Below the pieces are notes generated by a model. The model did not search any database. It was not told the origin of the DNA and saw only the letters and a program-made list of their open reading frames with translations. A stretch of DNA of 64,000 bases from a virus. Its lineage: Duplodnaviria; Caudoviricetes. How positions within the stretch are numbered: the first letter of the stretch is position 1; each line of letters starts with the position of its first letter. The translations under genes and the position numbers were made by a program. Positions 50,835 through 60,929 of this stretch are shown in pieces. The stretch is taken from IMG/VR virus record IMGVR_UViG_3300032007_000017. One strand, written 5' to 3'.

Positions 50835-50912
50835 GTCATATATAGGAATTATAATTGCATATTATTATTGTGATGATGGCCAAACAAAAATTTATAAAAG
50901 GAGGAATTTACC

Positions 50913-52190
50913 ATGTTTGAAATAACTGGTATTCTGGTCATTAATGAAGATAAGGTCCAATACAAACAATCGTTAAAACTGGGCTTTATTCCCGGTAGGT
51001 CCACATGTTGTTCAAATTTTAATTGGCGATTTGCAGATTGCTTATTAGATACAATCTGTATAATCAATGGTATCATCAGAGGAGAATTTGCAGAGCTTGG
51101 TCCATCTATAGAAAGATTAAACAGTTATAAAGGAACAATTATCACATACACACTCGATGAAGATCAGGTCGTATTTCGATTCATCGGCAATGATGCTATC
51201 TATATTGAGATCAAGAAACAAGATAAATTTATTTGTATTGATAGGTGCTCTTATAATGGAAATGCCCAATTTAATGGGATAATAATGAACGCAGCACCAA
51301 TCATTATTAAACATGCACCTAAGATTCATAACGAAATTGACAAGAGATTTATAGTTGCTGATGAGATTATAAACAGCTTTTTCTCAACTGGATCTATAAT
51401 CAATAAATCTAGAAAGTTTGCCAATGATGTATTGAATCCAATGCTTGAATCCAATGATATTGTGTTTTCGGATACCTTTACCGGAAACTTCGTATCTGCC
51501 ATGTGTAATGGTGATGTCCTTGCTATTTTATTCAGATATGAGACAAAGTTAGATAATAGATCGAGGTTGAAGAATAAATATGAATCAAAAATGAAGTCTG
51601 ATCTTGACTTAGGAGTATTTTTAAATAATAACCTTAGACGACAAATGTCTCAATATACATCCGATAAAGGAATATGCTATCTTAATATTCGTAAAGAAGA
51701 TTTCCCGAATAATATGGTAGTAACTAATGATTTTGGGCATCATTTCGATAAGACTATAAACAAACCTTTATTGGTGGAATCAGATAACTATATTGGCACT
51801 GCTATTCCTCTTACTGCCAACAAACCAACTCAAGAAATCATGGATACTGTTGGTGAAGTAATGACTTATGTCATGCAAATTAGAACAAATGAAATTACAA
51901 TCGATGAAGTGCCTAAAAAATATCGAGATACAGTCCAAGAGATGATTGATTTATCTAAGGATGAGAATTCATTCTGCCTGGGATTGGCATTTGATCCTGT
52001 TATCAATAGAATGATTCCTCTTACTCCAGATAGGCTTGAATCTTTACATAAGATTGGTGCTATTGATGAATCTACATATCAAACAGCGCAGCAACTTATA
52101 AAAGAGTTTAAATCAATGAGTGAATCCTATCAAGAAGACGATGACGACGACAATTATTATGAGGAGGACGACGACTATGCCAACAATTAA
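50913..52190 (+). CDS. Hypothetical protein with acidic tail
   Basis: RBS AAGGAGG; CATATTAT motif at ~50858. Confidence 0.7.
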   Translation: MFEITGILVINEDKVQYKQSLKLGFIPGRSTCCSNFNWRFADCLLDTICIINGIIRGEFAELGPSIERLNSYKGTIITYTLDEDQVVFRFIGNDAIYIEIKKQDKFICIDRCSYNGNAQFNGIIMNAAPIIIKHAPKIHNEIDKRFIVADEIINSFFSTGSIINKSRKFANDVLNPMLESNDIVFSDTFTGNFVSAMCNGDVLAILFRYETKLDNRSRLKNKYESKMKSDLDLGVFLNNNLRRQMSQYTSDKGICYLNIRKEDFPNNMVVTNDFGHHFDKTINKPLLVESDNYIGTAIPLTANKPTQEIMDTVGEVMTYVMQIRTNEITIDEVPKKYRDTVQEMIDLSKDENSFCLGLAFDPVINRMIPLTPDRLESLHKIGAIDESTYQTAQQLIKEFKSMSESYQEDDDDDNYYEEDDDYANN

Positions 52191-52908
52191 ACTATTTCTC
52201 TGCCCGAAAGACTATAAACCCAATTTCTACGATGGAATCAAAGATGACTGGGATGAAGATGACTGGGATGTCGTATTTACTGAGAAAAAGACTCATAATA
52301 AAGCATTCATTTGCTTGAGTTATGAATCCAGTGTTAATGAATACGGCACTGCGCTCAAAAACCTTGCAGTGCGTTCCAAAGCAACCAAATTTAATTCCTA
52401 TAAACCCCAAGCTCCGTTCGAAACTAACTCCGTCATGCATATTGATGTAGAAGGAATAGAAAGAGCAGCGATTCCTTGCACTGGAGTTGAGCCCTTTGGT
52501 AAGGGAGATATTAAGTCTGATGAGCTTAGACAGTTTATTTATAAACTCGTCTATGTTGATCTCGACAAATTCAAAATCTATGCTCCGTATCTTCCTATGA
52601 TTGGAAAGCCTGAATTTATCAAAGACGATATGTCTTGGGATCTCTTTGCAAATCATCTCAATATCCCTGGCGTCGAATATATCAATGAAACCAAATTCAG
52701 GATCGATGGTATCGAGTATACAGACGAAACTCTAAAAGAATGCCCACGTTACACCGAGCTATTCATAAGGATTCTATATCATGTATACGCAGACGACTAT
52801 ATATTCATCAAAACCACGAAAAACGACCAGGAAAAACTTCCTGTGTTTGGTGATTTTGAAGATTATAAATGGGAGCCTGAACACATGGTAACAGTAATCT
52901 GCATTTAA
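52177..52908 (+). CDS. Hypothetical protein
   Basis: Likely start MPTIK after GAGGAGG. Confidence 0.65.
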   Translation: MPTIKLFLCPKDYKPNFYDGIKDDWDEDDWDVVFTEKKTHNKAFICLSYESSVNEYGTALKNLAVRSKATKFNSYKPQAPFETNSVMHIDVEGIERAAIPCTGVEPFGKGDIKSDELRQFIYKLVYVDLDKFKIYAPYLPMIGKPEFIKDDMSWDLFANHLNIPGVEYINETKFRIDGIEYTDETLKECPRYTELFIRILYHVYADDYIFIKTTKNDQEKLPVFGDFEDYKWEPEHMVTVICI

Positions 52909-53023
52909 AGAAAAGGGCTTCGGCCCTTTTCTTTTTTGTAAAATATAAAAAATCTATAACAAAATAATAGTTTAATTGCAGAAATGCAATAACCCCACAT
53001 TTTATTTTGGAGGAATCATCATC

Positions 53024-53491
53024 ATGTATCAGAACAATAATCGTAACTACAACAATCGCAGTAATTACAAGAAGGATTCCAACAATCAGCCCCAGCGTCC
53101 TAAGAAGGCAAATATGCTCTTCCCGATCGTCGACAAGTTCAAAGTCGTCAACACCAGAGATGATTCCGTTACTGTTGTTGATAAGGATGTCGTGTTCGAT
53201 AAGCTGCGCAGTCTTCAGGACAATGGCGTGTTTGGCATTCTGACCGAGAATGTTCAGGTTCCTAAAGAACTGATTCTCGGGCCTGGTAAGAAGGGCTTTG
53301 GTGTTTGTGGTTTCATCAACAAGTTCGATTTCGAGAACAATACTGTTGAGCTGACCATCTATGCCAATGCTGTTGAAAAGGTTAAGGAATTTACTTCTGC
53401 AAAGAAGTATGCTCTCGAGCCGAAGATCATTCTGTTTAACGGTGAGTTTAAGAGCTTTAATGGCTTTTATCTTACTGAGGTCAATGACTAA
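53024..53491 (+). CDS. Hypothetical protein with Asn/Arg-rich N-terminus
   Basis: RBS GGAGG before MYQNN; AACA-N6-TA motif at 52958-52969. Confidence 0.7.
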   Translation: MYQNNNRNYNNRSNYKKDSNNQPQRPKKANMLFPIVDKFKVVNTRDDSVTVVDKDVVFDKLRSLQDNGVFGILTENVQVPKELILGPGKKGFGVCGFINKFDFENNTVELTIYANAVEKVKEFTSAKKYALEPKIILFNGEFKSFNGFYLTEVND

Positions 53492-53570
53492 ATTAATATT
53501 AAGACAGGGAGTAATCCCTGTCTTAATTTTTACTCAAATATATATTATTATATTAAGAGGTGATGAATAA

Positions 53571-55193
53571 ATGTATACGGCAAATGATTATTATGATACG
53601 TATTTATCCCAATCTAGCAATGTACCTCCTGCTAATTATTCTGGAAGTTTAGCAGATTGGAAAAAAGAAACAGAATCTATTACTATGAGTGGAGAAAATC
53701 CTCTTGTTGGAGTTACTGATCCCTCTAATTGGATTGAAGATTTTGATAATAAATATAATGATGAAGCTCTATTTAATTTAGCATATAATTCGGTGATTAA
53801 TGATCCAGATAAATTTTCAGTAATTTTCGAATCTATGATAAATATGCTATATAGACTTAGAACTTCTAATGATTCTGCATATAGTGATTATTATTATAAA
53901 TTCAAAAGATTTATGTTTTTGAATATAGATGGTTGTATGATGACTAGTATGTATAAGATCATTAATAGCCATGAATTAGAGACTAAATATAATCATCATA
54001 TGTGCAGTACTCCATTTGGATATTTATACATTGTGATAGATACTCAAAAAGTGTATCATGATTCATCTAATGGCAATAGATATTGTTTGAAAGATGGTAT
54101 TAATAATTATACCAAATTTGCAATGAATGCCTTAATGGAACCTGGTAACCCTCACTATACGGATTATGTCGACGTTTATAAATTCGATAATAATCCCAAT
54201 GATGAGTATAGAATGAGTGATGATGATCGATATATAGCAAAATCCTATATCAGTCATATTAAAGAGATTGGAAGAAATAAACTCCTTGTAATGACAATGT
54301 CATCAGAAGAATTTCTGTTGTCTGCAAATCTTTCTATTGATAAATTCAATTTTGGTGTTGTATATAAAGTAGTGTATAGCTATGGTGCTACTGAATATTA
54401 TATGAAAACAATGTATAGAGGTACCACAGCAATGACTAGATTAGATGAAGAATTCCTTAAATCTCTATCTAATGATATTGCACGTACCAATGATATTAAA
54501 GCTGGTACTGGTGGTACAGGTGGTGGTTCTACCACTGAATATTATTGGAATCATACCAAGTCTAATGATTATAATGATATTCACAATATCAAGAGAGAAT
54601 ATATAAAATCCATTCAAACTCAGCCTATTGAACTTTATTTCCCAGAATTAAAAGGAAAGAAGATTTTTGATAGACCTATAGTTGCTGTTACTCTTGATAA
54701 GGATAATGTATTCAATACATATGTCAATAAATCATATAAAGATATAAGAGAATACTATATTTATCGATATAATAAACGTATTGATGGAGAAATGATATGC
54801 TATAATACTAAAGATCCTCATAAGATCTATATTCTTAACCAAACACAATTCAATGAAGATCTGTTTATTATTGGAGGGGATTTTAATTCCAATATTAGAA
54901 ATGGATCTATTTGTGTTATTGGAGAGAGATTATCAGAATTATGCGAAGGATGTATTAGAGATGAATATCCTCATCATTTTGGCATTCGTAATGGGTATTA
55001 TTGTAGAGTGATACCATTTAGTCTAAATGATGAAGAAGGTTTATCAGTTGAATACAAAACAAAATTCAGAACTTATAGTATTGTAATTATTACATCCGAG
55101 ATATGGACTAGTAATAAGGTTGTCACTTATGTAGATAACTGGCATTTCAATAATGCTTTTAGAGAAGAGATCCATCAAATGTTTGGAATATAA
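53571..55193 (+). CDS. Hypothetical protein
   Basis: 540 aa; RBS GAGGTG; TATATTAT motif upstream. Confidence 0.7.
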   Translation: MYTANDYYDTYLSQSSNVPPANYSGSLADWKKETESITMSGENPLVGVTDPSNWIEDFDNKYNDEALFNLAYNSVINDPDKFSVIFESMINMLYRLRTSNDSAYSDYYYKFKRFMFLNIDGCMMTSMYKIINSHELETKYNHHMCSTPFGYLYIVIDTQKVYHDSSNGNRYCLKDGINNYTKFAMNALMEPGNPHYTDYVDVYKFDNNPNDEYRMSDDDRYIAKSYISHIKEIGRNKLLVMTMSSEEFLLSANLSIDKFNFGVVYKVVYSYGATEYYMKTMYRGTTAMTRLDEEFLKSLSNDIARTNDIKAGTGGTGGGSTTEYYWNHTKSNDYNDIHNIKREYIKSIQTQPIELYFPELKGKKIFDRPIVAVTLDKDNVFNTYVNKSYKDIREYYIYRYNKRIDGEMICYNTKDPHKIYILNQTQFNEDLFIIGGDFNSNIRNGSICVIGERLSELCEGCIRDEYPHHFGIRNGYYCRVIPFSLNDEEGLSVEYKTKFRTYSIVIITSEIWTSNKVVTYVDNWHFNNAFREEIHQMFGI

Positions 55194-55312
55194 AGAAAGG
55201 GCTTTGCCCTTTCTTTTTTAATTGTAAAACTATTATATTTGGATTACATATTATAAATATGAATAGAGGTAGTGATGGACCTCTATATCTTAAATTTAAA
55301 GGAGATTTTACC

Positions 55313-56473
55313 ATGAAATACTTCAAAGAAGGACTTAGTTCCGAGGAATTAAAGCGCGAGTATCGAAAGCTTGCAAAGCAGTACCACCCCGATCTCAATA
55401 AGCAGCAGGACACTACCGATATCATGAAAGCGATCAATCAAGAATACGACACGTACTTTACTAGTATTCGTTACTGCGAAATCGGGTATAACCCCGATGA
55501 TATCAAAGCGAGCTATGAGAGAGCTCGCAAAGAACGTGAAACAATTTTGGTATTCCTGCGTAGGGATAAGAAGGAAGGCGGCAAAAACTGGTTCACTAAC
55601 AATCGTTACGGAAAGATTGTTAGCGATGACAGTGAATCCTGGAAAGGCTTCCATGGAGGATTCTCGGTTGTAGAGTTAACTCGTGTCGTTGAAGGTGAAA
55701 GGTCCTTTGTCGACATCATGTTTAACGAGTATTCAAACGTAAAGGAGCAAAAAGCTCGGCGTATTCCAATGAATATTACTTTCCCATCATATGCCGAGAT
55801 GTACTTTGGCCTCCAATATGGAGCTTTTGGAAACTCCACGGATTTGACCACTACAGCTACAGCACCGATCAAAAATGCTCGTATGGATGAGTATGATGAT
55901 TATATTCACATTCGTCATAAGATTTATGGTGATATGTGGATCACAAACCAGGGCCGTATAACTCCATCTTTGTTCGGACCTGTAACTAAGCAGTATCGTA
56001 CTGGATATATGACATGCGGGAACCGCATTATGGAATGCGGAGTTCCGAATATCGGCGAATATGAAGTTGTTGAGAAGGTCAACGCTGATGAATTTGGATT
56101 TCGTGCATTTCAGGATTGTTCCAAAGCGGAATTCGAGAAATATCATGATACAGAATTTCATAAATTTCATAAAGCACTCGGTTGCAAAGAAATCACGCGA
56201 AACAGATATGGTGAGTGGGATTCATTATGGTGGATCGATGATCCCACTGTTAGTTACTTTGCCCGTAAGGGCATCGTAAAGTTTTATCAGTCCGAATATA
56301 ATTTCAAAATGCGGTATGGTGTATTCGATATGGATAGCTTAAAGAAAAACATCCATTTAATCACCATTGAAGAGGCTGAGATTATTCAGGACTTCCTGGA
56401 TGACCTCTATAGGGACTTTGATGATCACGTGAAAGCGATGATCAAAAAAGGAAAGATAAAGATCAATATCTGA
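55313..56473 (+). CDS. J-domain (DnaJ-like) protein
   Basis: ELKREYRKLAKQYHPDLN; start MKYFK after AAGGAG. Confidence 0.8.
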   Translation: MKYFKEGLSSEELKREYRKLAKQYHPDLNKQQDTTDIMKAINQEYDTYFTSIRYCEIGYNPDDIKASYERARKERETILVFLRRDKKEGGKNWFTNNRYGKIVSDDSESWKGFHGGFSVVELTRVVEGERSFVDIMFNEYSNVKEQKARRIPMNITFPSYAEMYFGLQYGAFGNSTDLTTTATAPIKNARMDEYDDYIHIRHKIYGDMWITNQGRITPSLFGPVTKQYRTGYMTCGNRIMECGVPNIGEYEVVEKVNADEFGFRAFQDCSKAEFEKYHDTEFHKFHKALGCKEITRNRYGEWDSLWWIDDPTVSYFARKGIVKFYQSEYNFKMRYGVFDMDSLKKNIHLITIEEAEIIQDFLDDLYRDFDDHVKAMIKKGKIKINI

Positions 56474-56544
56474 GAAAAGGGCTTCGGCCCTTTTCTTTTT
56501 TATCTTGAACTTTTTAGTAATACTTGAATTAAGGAGGAACTACT

Positions 56545-56856
56545 ATGAGTTTCTATAAAGATATGATCCTTCAAGAAGGTATGAAGGATGTTGCTAAGAA
56601 AGCAGTTGAAGTCGCTAAAGACTATGGTCGTACTGCTATTGGATCAAAAGATCCTGCATATAAAGCTATTCGTGCTCCTTATGATAAAGAGATTGCTAAG
56701 TATAGAGAAGCAATTAAGAGATGCAAAGAGCGTGGAGATAAAGAGGGAGTTGAGCAGTACCAAGATAGAATTAAAGAGGCTAATGCTGAGTTCCAGAAAA
56801 AGATGAAGAAGTATCGTGATGCTAATAATCCAAAGCAGGAGATTGCATTTATCTAA
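56545..56856 (+). CDS. Small helical protein (possible internal head protein)
   Basis: RBS AAGGAGG; N-terminal MILQE shared with the next gene. Confidence 0.6.
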   Translation: MSFYKDMILQEGMKDVAKKAVEVAKDYGRTAIGSKDPAYKAIRAPYDKEIAKYREAIKRCKERGDKEGVEQYQDRIKEANAEFQKKMKKYRDANNPKQEIAFI

Positions 56857-56888
56857 TCGATTACATATTATCTATATGAGGTGATTAG

Positions 56889-57590
56889 ATGAAAGGTGAA
56901 TATGGAATCTTTACAGAGATGATTCTTCAAGAGAGATATCTCTTAAATGAAGAAGATCTTTACTATAATAAAGATAAATGGGATAAAGGACAAACCAATC
57001 TTTGTTTTATTACTGGTCATAGTGGATCTGGTAAATCTACAATGGGATCCAATATGCAAAAAGGTAATATTACATGGATAAATCTAGATGATCTTCAGTG
57101 TGTAAAAGATCATTTTACAATGGCAAATCTTAAAGAATACTCGAATCTTATCTATAGTTTCTTTGCTGGTCCTGGAAAGAAATGGTATGTTGGATTTAAT
57201 GATGGTATTCCAGAAGAATTTCAAAAAGAGGGAGAATATGAACGAGCATTATTTAATGATTTCATTGACTATGCTATTCAATATTCTAAATCTCATAAGA
57301 ATGAAAGATTTGTCATAGAAGGAATTTGGCTATTTCTATTTATCGATCCTTCTAAACTTAAAGATTATGCTGTTTATGTAAAAGGAACTAGTATGATTAT
57401 AAGTAAAATTAGAGGGATTAAGAGAGATGCTAAGAATGATTGGAAAGAAGCAAAAGATAATAAAGAGAAAGCCAAAATTATAGTATCTACTCTTAGAAGA
57501 CTAATAGTCAATAATCAATATACTGATTTTGAAGGTAGAATAAGAACCTTTAGAAAGTACTTTGAAAATTTAATAAAGAGAGCCCATTAG
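56889..57590 (+). CDS. P-loop NTPase/kinase
   Basis: CFITGHSGSGKST, FVIEG. Confidence 0.7.
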   Translation: MKGEYGIFTEMILQERYLLNEEDLYYNKDKWDKGQTNLCFITGHSGSGKSTMGSNMQKGNITWINLDDLQCVKDHFTMANLKEYSNLIYSFFAGPGKKWYVGFNDGIPEEFQKEGEYERALFNDFIDYAIQYSKSHKNERFVIEGIWLFLFIDPSKLKDYAVYVKGTSMIISKIRGIKRDAKNDWKEAKDNKEKAKIIVSTLRRLIVNNQYTDFEGRIRTFRKYFENLIKRAH

Positions 57591-57643
57591 GGCTCTCTTT
57601 ATTTTTTATGCTGAGTGAGATGATTATCTATATTTATATATCT

Positions 57644-58807
57644 TTAAGTATAATATTGAATAATACAAATACCATCTCCACCATCATGAATCATAATTCC
57701 AGCACCTTGTATAAGACCACTACCTCCACCACCAAATCCAGCAGAATGGCAATTTTCTCCTCCTTTTCCATAACTAGCTCCACCCCCACAATAGTTTCCT
57801 CCTTTGCTAAAATATCCACCTCCACCACCAAATACTTCTCCACCATCTCCGCCTCTTCCATATCCACCACCTCCACCACTAGCCGCACGCCAACCAGTAC
57901 TACTACCAGTAGAATAAGACCAATATGTACTATTTCCTCCATTTCCACCATAACCCCCACCACCTCCTACTCCGCTATATGATACCTGCTGAGTGCTATA
58001 ATTTCCTCCACCACCATTACCGCCGAATCCTCCCCCTCCTCCACATATTCCATTTTTATTTGATACATTTTTGGTACCCAATAATCCCCAACCTCTACAA
58101 TCACTAGGAACACGCGAATTACTCATAGTATTTGTTCCATTAGTTGCTGATTTTGTATTATTACCTCCATTACCTCCATAAGTACCACCAGTTCCACCAG
58201 TATATAAAGCTCCACCACCACCTCCATAAGTACCACCACTACCACCAGTAGCATAAGTGCCACTACTTCCTCCACCTCCTCCCCATGTTCCTCCAGCACC
58301 TCCATATTCTCCCCCTCCACCGCCAAACTGATATCCTATCCCTCCACCACTAGATCCACCTCCACCGCTTCCACCATTACCACCATATCCATATGTATGA
58401 GAACCACCGCTACTATCTTGTATTGATCCTCCTTTTCCACCATTGGCACTTAGATTACTACTACCACATATAAAAGAAGATGTACCACCGGTTGTTCCAT
58501 TATAATAATTGCTACTAATCGAATAATTATTTCCTCCTCTTCCAATAATAATATTTGCAGTGTTTCCACTTTTAATATCAAATTCTCCATTATTCATCCA
58601 TCCTCCGCCTCCACCAGCCATAGCAATATCTGATGATAACCATCCAATTCCAGCCCCTCCACCTCCAAATATTCTTACACTAATATTTCCAGTATGCTGT
58701 GGTATAACCCAATTATTTGTATTGGATATTATAACTTCTGTTTTTAAAACACCAGTACCCCCACCAGATCCAGAACCACCTCTACGAGAAATTATACCTT
58801 CAGACAT
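57644..58807 (-). CDS. Glycine-rich protein, paralogue A1
   Basis: MSEGIISRRGG...GGDGICIIQYYT; GGxGG repeats. Confidence 0.8.
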   Translation of the reverse strand: MSEGIISRRGGSGSGGGTGVLKTEVIISNTNNWVIPQHTGNISVRIFGGGGAGIGWLSSDIAMAGGGGGWMNNGEFDIKSGNTANIIIGRGGNNYSISSNYYNGTTGGTSSFICGSSNLSANGGKGGSIQDSSGGSHTYGYGGNGGSGGGGSSGGGIGYQFGGGGGEYGGAGGTWGGGGGSSGTYATGGSGGTYGGGGGALYTGGTGGTYGGNGGNNTKSATNGTNTMSNSRVPSDCRGWGLLGTKNVSNKNGICGGGGGFGGNGGGGNYSTQQVSYSGVGGGGGYGGNGGNSTYWSYSTGSSTGWRAASGGGGGYGRGGDGGEVFGGGGGYFSKGGNYCGGGASYGKGGENCHSAGFGGGGSGLIQGAGIMIHDGGDGICIIQYYT

Positions 58808-58811
58808 AAGA

Positions 58812-58900
58812 AATGCACCTTCCTTGTGAGGAAGGTGCATTATATGCGCCCTCCTCGAATTTGTAGTTTTTAACTACACTTCCGGGGGGGGGGGCAAACT
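58812..58900 (-). promoter_or_regulatory. Structured leader with G11 tract and SD-sequestering hairpin (homologue at 62234-62318 with G10)
   Basis: CCCTCCTCGAATTTGTAGT..AACTACACTTCC-G10/11-CAAA repeated; SD inside a 12-13-bp hairpin. Confidence 0.7.
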
Positions 58901-58958
58901 GAATAAGGTTACCCCTATAATTATGATTCATCTTCATATTAGATTATACTCTTTTCTT

Positions 58959-60257
58959 TTAAGTATAATATTGAATAATACAAATACCATCCCCACCATT
59001 CCCACCAACATCTCCCCATCCTCCACCTCCAAACATTCCAGTTTTATGACCACTGTTTCCTCCCATTCCATATCCACCACCGCCTCCTCCTCTCCCACCT
59101 GAACTTCCGCCTCCAGGAGCAAAATATCCACCTCCACCTCCACCACCATTTCCGCCTTTAGCTTTTTTTCCATATCCTCCCCCACCCCCACCACCTTCTG
59201 TAGTTCCTTCTCCGCCATCTCCGCCATATCCACCACCTCCACCTCCACCACCATTACCCCAAGTTAAAGCACTGCAATAGGCATTTCCTCCATTGCTACC
59301 ATATCCACCACCTCCACCTCCACTTACCATAATATGATACCAAGTATCTTCATCATGTTCTACATAAGTATTTGTATATGAACTACCGCCATTTCCGCCA
59401 TATCCTCCCCCTCCTCCATAATTATTGCCTCCTCTTCCTTCTCCTCTTAATAATACTCCTCCTACATTATCTACATTAGTCCAAGTAGAGGTATTAGTAC
59501 CATCTTGAGAATTAGTAAAATTATTATTTTTACTATTATATATTCCACCGTTTCCGCCATAAGTCCCTCCTCTTCCACCATTAACGCAAGCAGAGATATT
59601 TGAGTATAAAGATATGCTCGTGATCCTAATACTTCCTCCCCCTCCTCCACCATAAGTTCCTCCGTTTCCACTTAAACTAGTTTTGAGATTATTTCCACCA
59701 AGTTCACTAATATGTATATATCCACCACCTCCGCCTCCATAAGTTCCTCCATTTCCACCATACCAACCTCCTCCCCCACCACCCCATATACCACCATTGC
59801 CTCCAGATCTATTTCTATTAATATCAAAATGTGTTTGGCCTCCTCCCCCAAATTGGTATCCACTTCCTGCATTAGGTCCTCCACCTCCAGATCCTCCAGA
59901 TCCTCCAGTTCTAGACTCTCCACCCCCTCCTCCATTGGCACTTAAATAACTACCAAAAGAAGTAGTGCCACCACTATTACCTCCAGCACTTTGATTTTTT
60001 CCAGAATTTCCACCTAACCCAATTTGTACTGATATATTGGTTCCATTAGGAATATCAAATTCTCCATTATTCATCCATCCTCCTCCCCCTCCTCCACAAT
60101 TGCCGCCTCCACCTCCACCACCAAATAATCTTACACTAATATTTCCCTTATGATCAGGAACAGTATAAGTTTGTGATTCAAATATCATATCCGTAAATAA
60201 TGCGCTTCCTCCTCCTGATCCGCTTCCTCCTCGCCGACTGATAACCGCCTCACTCAT
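58959..60257 (-). CDS. Glycine-rich protein, paralogue B1
   Basis: MSEAVISRRGG...GGDGICIIQYYT; in-frame upstream extension open to 60476. Confidence 0.8.
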   Translation of the reverse strand: MSEAVISRRGGSGSGGGSALFTDMIFESQTYTVPDHKGNISVRLFGGGGGGGNCGGGGGGWMNNGEFDIPNGTNISVQIGLGGNSGKNQSAGGNSGGTTSFGSYLSANGGGGGESRTGGSGGSGGGGPNAGSGYQFGGGGQTHFDINRNRSGGNGGIWGGGGGGWYGGNGGTYGGGGGGYIHISELGGNNLKTSLSGNGGTYGGGGGGSIRITSISLYSNISACVNGGRGGTYGGNGGIYNSKNNNFTNSQDGTNTSTWTNVDNVGGVLLRGEGRGGNNYGGGGGYGGNGGSSYTNTYVEHDEDTWYHIMVSGGGGGGYGSNGGNAYCSALTWGNGGGGGGGGYGGDGGEGTTEGGGGGGGYGKKAKGGNGGGGGGGYFAPGGGSSGGRGGGGGGYGMGGNSGHKTGMFGGGGWGDVGGNGGDGICIIQYYT

Positions 60258-60929
60258 ATATTTCAGCACTCCTTTCATTTTCGAGGAGAGCGCTGACAAA
60301 ATTAAGAAGAAGTAGCAATTCCTTGCTACTTCATATTTATTACAGTCTTCTTTATCATCAATCCTATTATCAAGATGATTACTCTCTAGATCTCTATATC
60401 GATTACTATTATCAACCCCATGATAATAGTCATACTGTCGTCTTCTTCTCTTCAACAATAACAAGATAATTGCCACCTCCTTATTGTAGAATATATTTCT
60501 ATATCTATATCAAATAAATTTATTTTTTACAAAACTTCGCATATATGGGAATTTATAAGAAACGGCGACCCGTTTGATAGCATCCACCCTGCTATCGTTC
60601 GAGTCGCCGTCGCCGTTTTGTAAATGAATTTTCTTTATACTTTCTCTTAGTAAATATAAAGAAAAGAAGAGACATGACCCGAAAGTCATGTCTCTTATTT
60701 AGATTACATTTATTAGAAGAGATAAATGTATTAAGAAAAGGCAAAGATATACATGGAGTTACCAAGCCTTAAAGTTTCAGATAAGAGACACCTCTCTCCT
60801 CCCACCTCCCTATCATCCTAGGGGGGGGGGCATCTCAGGTTGTCTGTTGTAGAAAACTACCTTTCTCTGGCCTGGGAAACTCCACTTTCTTTATCTGAAT
60901 GTTTAAAGTGTTGAAAAATATTACAATGA

